Positions 33,662 to 38,934 of a stretch of DNA of 38,934 nt are shown piece by piece. The stretch covers positions 1 to 38,934 of the IMG/VR virus record IMGVR_UViG_3300048598_000503; one strand, written 5' to 3'. A program made the translations under genes and the position numbers. This stretch comes from a virus (lineage: Duplodnaviria; Caudoviricetes). The stretch's first letter is position 1. Every line of letters starts with the position of its first letter. Below the pieces are notes generated by a model. It ran no database searches. It saw only the letters and a list, made by a program, of their open reading frames with translations, and was not told the origin of the DNA.

Positions 33662-35824
33662 ATGGCCGCTGCATCGCCGACCACTCTCCCCTTCGCCCAG
33701 TTGCGCCCCGGCCATGAGGCCTCACCGCCGGTGAACATCCGCGCCACCGATCCGGCCTCCGCCGATGTCGCGGCGCTCGCCGCCAACATTGCCGACCGCA
33801 TCGCGGCCGGCCAGAGCCCGCTCATCGAGCCGCTGGTGGTGGTCGAGGGGCCGAAGCCCCGCGGCGGTGCCCGGCTTTACTTCGTCTGCAACGGCGGCCG
33901 GCGCCTCGCCGCCCTCACCCGCCTCGTCGACCAGGGCATCATCACCGAGGCGCAGCAGCTGCCCGTGGTGGTGGAGGGGAAGGCCGCCGGCCTCGAGGCC
34001 TCCACCACGGCGGCCGTCCTCGCCGCGCCTCACCACCCCGTCGACCAGTTCGAGGCCTTCGCCCGCATCGCCGCCACCCGTCCCGGCGGCGCCGAGGGCA
34101 ATGTGGAGTTCATCGCCCGGCGCTTCGGCCTCGGCCTTCGCCGGGTGCGCCAGGTGCTGGCCCTCGGCAATCTCAGCCCCGCCGTGCGCAAGGCCTGGAA
34201 GGAGGGCCGCATCAGCCGCGAGACGGCCGAGGCCTTCGCCATCGAGCCGGACGCCGAGGTCCAGTCCACCCTTCTCGACAACCTCTCGCACCGTGGCTTC
34301 TCCATTTCGCCCTATGAGGTGCGCCGCTCCCTTCTGGCCGACCGCATTTCCGCGAGCAGCGACAAGGTCGGCTTCGTCGGCCTCGACACCTATCTCGCCG
34401 CCGGCGGCACGCTCACCGGCGACCTCTTCACCGACGAGCGCTACATCGAGCACCCGGCCCTGTTGCAGCGCCTCGCGCTGGAGCGGCGCGAGGCCGTCGA
34501 GCGGGATTTCCGGGATGCCGGCTGGGGCTTCATCTTCTGGCGCAACACGCCGGAGGCGCAGAACTTCTGGAGCTCGCAGCAGGAGCCGCGCGAGGCGGTC
34601 TGGACGCCCGAGGCCGAGGCGCGGGCCGACGTCATCCGCAACGAGATCGCCGCCATCGATGCGGCGCGGCAGGCCCGCGAGGCCGATGCCGAGGACGACG
34701 ACGCTGAAGACGACGACGCCGAGATCTATGAGGACGAGCCCGAGGATGACGTCGCCGACTGGCGCGAGGGCGACGACGAGCCGGCCGCGCCCGCCGCCGA
34801 TTCCCTCGCCGACCAGCGCGCCGCGCTGCATGCGGAACTGGTAAGCCTCCGGCAGGCAGCCGAGTGCGCCGGCTGGACGCGGGAGGAGCGCGCCGGCCTC
34901 GCCGTCATCCTCGACTGGCGCCAGGGCAGCCTGACGGTCGACGCCGGCTATGTGCCGCCGGCGCTGGCGACGCACGAGGCCGACACCGCGGAGGGTGTGC
35001 CCGAGGACGACAGGGAGGGCGACGACACGCCGCAGCCGCCAGCCGAACCGGAAGCCCCCGGCCTGCCCCGCGCCGCGCTGCAGTCGCTCTCCCTCGTCGC
35101 CAACCGGGCCGCCGCCGCGACGATCGCGGCCGACGCGGATCTCGCGCTCTCCCTGCTCGCCGCCAGCTGGGTGGCGCGCGCCAACGCCCTTCACACACCC
35201 GGCAACAGCGTGCCGCTCATCGTCGCCTCCCGCGGCCTTCACGACGGGCCGGCCAGCGACATGCTGACGGAGCTGGTGGCGGGCGACGGCGGCCGGCCGG
35301 ACCGCTGGGACAAGACCCGTCGCATCGCCGACTTCGCCGGCCTCGCATCGGCGATCGCCGACATGTCGCGGCCGCGGCGGCTGGAACTGGTCGCGGCCCT
35401 CGCCGCGGCGGCCGTCGACCTCACCCACGACACGATCGAAAACCGCAGCGGCAGCGCCAAGAACGTCGACGCCGGTGGCGTGGCCAGCTTCCTCGCCACC
35501 CTGCCGGCCCAGGCCTTCGAGACCAATGCGCGGCTCATTCTCTCCGCCCCCGGCGAGGCCGAGGCGATCTTCGGCGACTGGCCGAAGGAGGCGTTGGTCG
35601 ATGCCATCCGCGCCATGGACGGCGACGAGGCCGCGAAACAGGCGGCCAGGGCGAAGAAGGCCGCCCTCGTCACCATGGTCGCCGACCGCGCCCGCGGCAC
35701 CGGATGGCTGCCGAAGGGCCTGAGGCTTGCGTCGCCCGCGCAAGCCGAGGGCGCCGCTTCGTCGCAGCCGGACGGTGACGCCATGGATGACGGCGATGCC
35801 GACGACGAACAGGAAGCCGCGTGA
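33662..35824 (+). CDS. Large ParB/RepB/Spo0J-family protein with acidic linker
   Basis: LIEPLVV, CNGGRRLAAL, HPVDQFEAF, HTH (IARRFG...VRQVLALGNLSP), YLAAGGTLTGDLF, GTGWLP. Confidence 0.9.
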   Translation: MAAASPTTLPFAQLRPGHEASPPVNIRATDPASADVAALAANIADRIAAGQSPLIEPLVVVEGPKPRGGARLYFVCNGGRRLAALTRLVDQGIITEAQQLPVVVEGKAAGLEASTTAAVLAAPHHPVDQFEAFARIAATRPGGAEGNVEFIARRFGLGLRRVRQVLALGNLSPAVRKAWKEGRISRETAEAFAIEPDAEVQSTLLDNLSHRGFSISPYEVRRSLLADRISASSDKVGFVGLDTYLAAGGTLTGDLFTDERYIEHPALLQRLALERREAVERDFRDAGWGFIFWRNTPEAQNFWSSQQEPREAVWTPEAEARADVIRNEIAAIDAARQAREADAEDDDAEDDDAEIYEDEPEDDVADWREGDDEPAAPAADSLADQRAALHAELVSLRQAAECAGWTREERAGLAVILDWRQGSLTVDAGYVPPALATHEADTAEGVPEDDREGDDTPQPPAEPEAPGLPRAALQSLSLVANRAAAATIAADADLALSLLAASWVARANALHTPGNSVPLIVASRGLHDGPASDMLTELVAGDGGRPDRWDKTRRIADFAGLASAIADMSRPRRLELVAALAAAAVDLTHDTIENRSGSAKNVDAGGVASFLATLPAQAFETNARLILSAPGEAEAIFGDWPKEALVDAIRAMDGDEAAKQAARAKKAALVTMVADRARGTGWLPKGLRLASPAQAEGAASSQPDGDAMDDGDADDEQEAA
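35729..35757 (+). repeat. Dispersed hairpin element copy F (inside ParB 3' end, sense orientation)
   Basis: GCG-T-CGCCCGCGCAAGCCGAGGGCG-C-CGC; translated as ASPAQAEGAA just after the GWLPKGLR end motif. Confidence 0.85.
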
Positions 35825-35952
35825 TGCCCGGCCGGCCGCCGCCGGGGCACGGCCTCACCCCTCGGGGCCGGCTTTGGTTCGCGGCCGGCCTCTCCGCCTT
35901 CCTCATCTACTGGGGCGCGGTCTTCGTCGCGCTCTTCCTCGGCTGGATCTGA
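35824..35952 (+). CDS. Small membrane protein (42 aa; absent from ORF track)
   Basis: MPGRPPPGHGLTPRGRLWFAAGLSAFLIYWGAVFVALFLGWI*; TGATG coupling with ParB stop. Confidence 0.7.
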   Translation: MPGRPPPGHGLTPRGRLWFAAGLSAFLIYWGAVFVALFLGWI

Positions 35953-35966
35953 ACAGGAGAAACCGC

Positions 35967-36218
35967 ATGTCGGTAGCGGCGCAACGGCACAACGACCTCG
36001 CCGGCGACCTCGTGAAGCAGCTCGTCCGCGGCACGATCGGCGCCGGGGGCGATGCCACCGAGACGCTCGTCGTTCTGGAATCGGTCCTCGTCGGCACCTG
36101 CCTCGCCCTCGTCAGGCTGGGCGGCGACGAGCCGGTGCTCGACGTCGTCACCGAGGGCGCCCGCGCCCGCCTCGCCGAGCTGCGCCTGAAGAACATCGAA
36201 CCGAAAGGGAGGGGGTGA
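35967..36218 (+). CDS. Hypothetical protein (83 aa)
   Basis: AGGAGA RBS before MSVAAQRHN. Confidence 0.8.
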   Translation: MSVAAQRHNDLAGDLVKQLVRGTIGAGGDATETLVVLESVLVGTCLALVRLGGDEPVLDVVTEGARARLAELRLKNIEPKGRG

Positions 36219-36520
36219 TGACCAGCAAACTCAAGCTGACCGACAAGCACCGGGCCGCGCTGGCAGCTCTCGCCTCGGCACACAGCGAGGCCGCCGACTT
36301 CGCGTTTCTCAACTTCGCCGGCATCGCCCGCCGCGCCCAGGAAGCCGGCCACACCCTGCCGCGGGAAGACGTCCGCCGCACGGTGCGCCACCTCGCACGG
36401 AAGGGTCTCGCCACCTTCGGCCGCGGCCTCTGCACCGAAGACGGCGAGTTCGCCGGATCCGGCTATGCGATCACCGACGCCGGGATGGTTGCCATCGACG
36501 AGGAGGCCGCCCATGGCTGA
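36218..36520 (+). CDS. Hypothetical winged-helix-like protein
   Basis: VRRTVRHLARKGLA...GSGYAITDAG pattern. Confidence 0.75.
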   Translation: MTSKLKLTDKHRAALAALASAHSEAADFAFLNFAGIARRAQEAGHTLPREDVRRTVRHLARKGLATFGRGLCTEDGEFAGSGYAITDAGMVAIDEEAAHG

Positions 36521-37631
36521 CCAGCGCGATACCGGCATTTCATGGACCGACGAGACCTGGAACCCGGTCGTCGGCTGCTCCATCGTCTCCCCGGCCTGCA
36601 CCAACTGCTACGCCATGGGCATGGCGGCCCGCATCGAGCGGATGAGCGGCGGCAACACCCACTATCTCGGCACGACGAAAGTCGTGAACGGCAAGCCGGT
36701 CTGGACCGGCAATCTGGTCAGGGCGCCGGACCACATCGTCACCGCGCCGCTGCGCTGGAAACGGCCCCGCCGCATCTTCGTCAACTCCATGTCCGACCTC
36801 TTCCACGGCGACATGCCGGAGGAGTGGATCGACGAGGTCTTCGCGGTCATGGCGCTCTCGCCGCAGCACACCTTCCAGATCCTGACGAAACGGCCGGAGC
36901 GGATGTGCTCCTACCTCACCAGAGATTGGGCCTCGGCCACGCGCTTTCACGTCGAGAGCCTGACGCTGCCGACCATCTCGAAGAACGCCGGCGACGCGCA
37001 GGAGCGCCTCCGCCGCTACACCTCCCCCGGCTTTCCGCACCCTCTGGAAAACGTGTGGCTCGGCGTCACGGCCGAGGACCAGGCCCGCGCCGACGAGCGC
37101 ATCCCGCCCCTACTGTCGACGCCGGCGGCGGTGCGCTTCGTCTCGGCCGAGCCGCTGCTGGGGCCGCTGGACTTGCAACGCTTCATGGAACGATGCCACG
37201 CCAACCGCGACGGAGACTGCCGGGCAAAGAGTTGCCCTCAGCTGCGCGACGGAGAGCCGCTGCGGTCAGGACGGCACTGCCCGATCGACACATGGGGGAT
37301 TGACGACGAGGATCTTCGGCCCCTGCTCGACTGGGTGATCGTCGGCGGCGAGAGCGGTCCCGGCGCCCGTCCGACGCATCCGGACTGGGTCCGCTCGATC
37401 CGCGACCAGTGCGGCGCGGCCGGCGTCGCCTTCCACTTCAAGCAACGCGGCGACTGGTCGTGGCTGGAGGCGGGCGACGGTGAGTGGCCCACCGACCTTC
37501 CGAAGTTCTGCCGCATCGGCGTCGACGGCCGCCGCTCGCCCGACGGCTGGCCGATGCAGCGGGTCGGCAAGCACTTCGCCGGCCGCACTCTGGACGGCAA
37601 GATCCACGACGCCTTTCCGGAGGCGCCATGA
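36513..37631 (+). CDS. DUF5131 (phage Gp37/Gp68) three-Cys family protein
   Basis: ISWTDETWNPVVGCSIVSPACTNCYA, IFVNSMSDLFH, FQILTKRPER, NVWLGVT, FVSAEPLLG, WVIVGGESG, FHFKQ. Confidence 0.95.
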   Translation: MADQRDTGISWTDETWNPVVGCSIVSPACTNCYAMGMAARIERMSGGNTHYLGTTKVVNGKPVWTGNLVRAPDHIVTAPLRWKRPRRIFVNSMSDLFHGDMPEEWIDEVFAVMALSPQHTFQILTKRPERMCSYLTRDWASATRFHVESLTLPTISKNAGDAQERLRRYTSPGFPHPLENVWLGVTAEDQARADERIPPLLSTPAAVRFVSAEPLLGPLDLQRFMERCHANRDGDCRAKSCPQLRDGEPLRSGRHCPIDTWGIDDEDLRPLLDWVIVGGESGPGARPTHPDWVRSIRDQCGAAGVAFHFKQRGDWSWLEAGDGEWPTDLPKFCRIGVDGRRSPDGWPMQRVGKHFAGRTLDGKIHDAFPEAP

Positions 37632-37837
37632 GCCGCACACCCGCCCGCGTTACCCAGGCCGATGTCGCCCGCGCCATCCGCGCGGCGAAGCAGACCGGCG
37701 CGGACGCGGTCGAGGTGCTGCCCGACGGCACGATCCGCATCCAGATCGCCCCTGCCGCGGCGCCGGCCGAGCCGGAGACCGGCGACCCGACACCCGCTCC
37801 GGAGCCCGTTGCGGAAGAAAAGGTCATCGTGTTCTGA
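37628..37837 (+). CDS. Excisionase-like small protein
   Basis: RTPARVTQADVARAIRAA...EVLPDGTIRI; directly upstream of and coupled to integrase. Confidence 0.65.
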   Translation: MSRTPARVTQADVARAIRAAKQTGADAVEVLPDGTIRIQIAPAAAPAEPETGDPTPAPEPVAEEKVIVF

Positions 37838-38934
37838 TGACGGCCATGCCGAAGCCGCGCTTCCCCCACCTGCGCCACGAGACGAACCGCCACGGCACCC
37901 GCGTCTGGTACGTGCGCATCGGCGACGGGCAGCGCACCCGCCTGCGGGCCGCCTATGGCACCGAGGCCTTCTGGCAGGAATATCGCGAGGCGATTGACGG
38001 CACGGCGCGGCCGGCCGGCAAGGCCCGCGCAGGATCGTTCCGATGGCTGGTCGAGCGCTACAAGGTCTCCGGCGCCTACGCCGGCCTGAAGCGATCGACG
38101 CGCGGCGCCCGTGACAACCTGTTGAAGGGCATCGTCGACAAGGTCGGCGACGAGCCGATCTCGGCGTTCAACCGGGCCTCGATCGAGGCGAGCCGCGACG
38201 CCCGCCGGGACCGGCCGGAGGCGGCCAACGGCCTGGTGAAGACCCTGCGGGTGCTCTTCGCCTGGGGAATGCAGGACGAGACCGCCCGCGCCTATGTCAA
38301 GGCGAACCCGGCCGCCAGCGTCTCCATGATCGCCAGCCGCAGCGAGGGCTTCCACACCTGGACCGACGAGGAGGTGGCGAAGTACGAGGCGAAGTGGCCC
38401 CGCGGCACGCGTGAGCGCCTCGCCCTGGACGTGCTGCTCTACACCGGCCTCCGCCGCGGCGACGCCGTCCAGCTCGGCCGCCAGCACGTCCGCAACGGCA
38501 TCTTCTCGATCAAGACGGAGAAGACGGGCGAGTGGGTGACGGCGCCAATTCTCGAGCCGCTCGCCCTGTCGATCGAGGCGGCGAAGACCGGCGACCTGCA
38601 CTACCTGGTCACGTCGCGCGGCGAGCCCTGGTCGAAGGAGAGCTTCACCAACTGGTTCCGCAAGTGCTGCAAGGATGCCGGCGTGCCCGGATCGGCCCAT
38701 GGCCTGCGCAAGGCCGGCGCATCCAGGGCGGCCGAGAACGGCGCCACCGAGGCCCAGCTCAACGCCCTGTTCGGGTGGAAAGAGGGCAGCCGCGAGAGCG
38801 CCACCTACGTCCGCAAGGCCCGCCGCAACATCCTCGCCATGCACGCCGCCCAGCTGCTCCTGCCGGACCAGAAAAAGAACAAAACCCGCCGCACCTCACC
38901 GAAAGGTGCGGCGCCGAAGGCGAATAAGCCTTGA
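37837..38934 (+). CDS. int: Tyrosine recombinase / phage integrase
   Basis: YTGLRRGD (R), IKTEKT (K), HGLRK, LFGW, ATY catalytic motifs; N-terminal arm-binding region RHGTRVWYVR. Confidence 0.96.
   Translation: MTAMPKPRFPHLRHETNRHGTRVWYVRIGDGQRTRLRAAYGTEAFWQEYREAIDGTARPAGKARAGSFRWLVERYKVSGAYAGLKRSTRGARDNLLKGIVDKVGDEPISAFNRASIEASRDARRDRPEAANGLVKTLRVLFAWGMQDETARAYVKANPAASVSMIASRSEGFHTWTDEEVAKYEAKWPRGTRERLALDVLLYTGLRRGDAVQLGRQHVRNGIFSIKTEKTGEWVTAPILEPLALSIEAAKTGDLHYLVTSRGEPWSKESFTNWFRKCCKDAGVPGSAHGLRKAGASRAAENGATEAQLNALFGWKEGSRESATYVRKARRNILAMHAAQLLLPDQKKNKTRRTSPKGAAPKANKP

Larger units (their letters stand above)
1..38934. mobile_element. Temperate lambda/HK97-like siphovirus prophage (probably cos-packaging), likely alphaproteobacterial host
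   Basis: Ordered modules: integrase, cI/cro switch, replication, HNH-terS-terL-portal-protease-capsid, tail, lysis. att sites lie outside the window. Confidence 0.97.

Noticed and set aside
34680-34790. GACGAC/GAGGAC-rich low-complexity tract as a DNA repeat element
   Set aside because: It simply encodes the Asp/Glu-rich linker of the ParB protein
7973-35743. Long antisense ORFs (7973-9979, 11888-13339, 13167-14510, 17997-19577, 21367-23208, 33722-35743 and others)
   Set aside because: They are shadows of real genes in high-GC DNA; no recognisable motifs, and they fully overlap well-supported CDSs on the other strand
28198-35824. C-terminal Ala-Ala on several early proteins (Cro EAA, ParB EAA, VAA, RAA, LAA) as ClpXP degrons
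   Set aside because: Plausible, but largely explained by overlapping RBS/start sequences such as GAGGCCGCATGA; cannot be separated from sequence alone
1-38934. attL/attR direct repeats, tRNA or rRNA genes
   Set aside because: The window is cut at gene boundaries; no terminal direct repeat or cloverleaf was recognised

Overview
The whole window is an apparently near-complete, high-GC, lambda/HK97-like temperate siphovirus prophage. The host is probably an alphaproteobacterium (Hyphomicrobiales-type protein families; inference). The window runs exactly from an ATG to the integrase stop, so att sites are not visible. The minus strand carries cro, early/replication genes (two ParB-domain proteins, one fused to an MT-A70 methylase; DnaA-C HTH; HTH initiator with iterons), a NusG-paralogue late antiterminator, HNH/cos/terminase, HK97 head, tail (with a -1 frameshift chaperone), tail fibre and lysis genes (M15 endolysin, holin-like protein, overlapping spanins). 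The plus strand carries cI, two cI-downstream envelope proteins, the PL early operon (large ParB, DUF5131, xis-like, tyrosine integrase) and an acyltransferase-3 moron. The most notable unexplained signal is six dispersed copies of a bulged, GNRA-capped hairpin (CGCCCGC-GCAA-GC-CGA-GGGCG). Their outer stems differ in sequence but always pair, and five copies sit at tail-gene junctions in a phage that uses a NusG paralogue instead of Q. Other points: six 15-bp CI operators, a rexAB-position gene pair, a DUF2335 two-gene moron, and two genes broken by single-base lesions. All family assignments come from motif recognition, not database searches.
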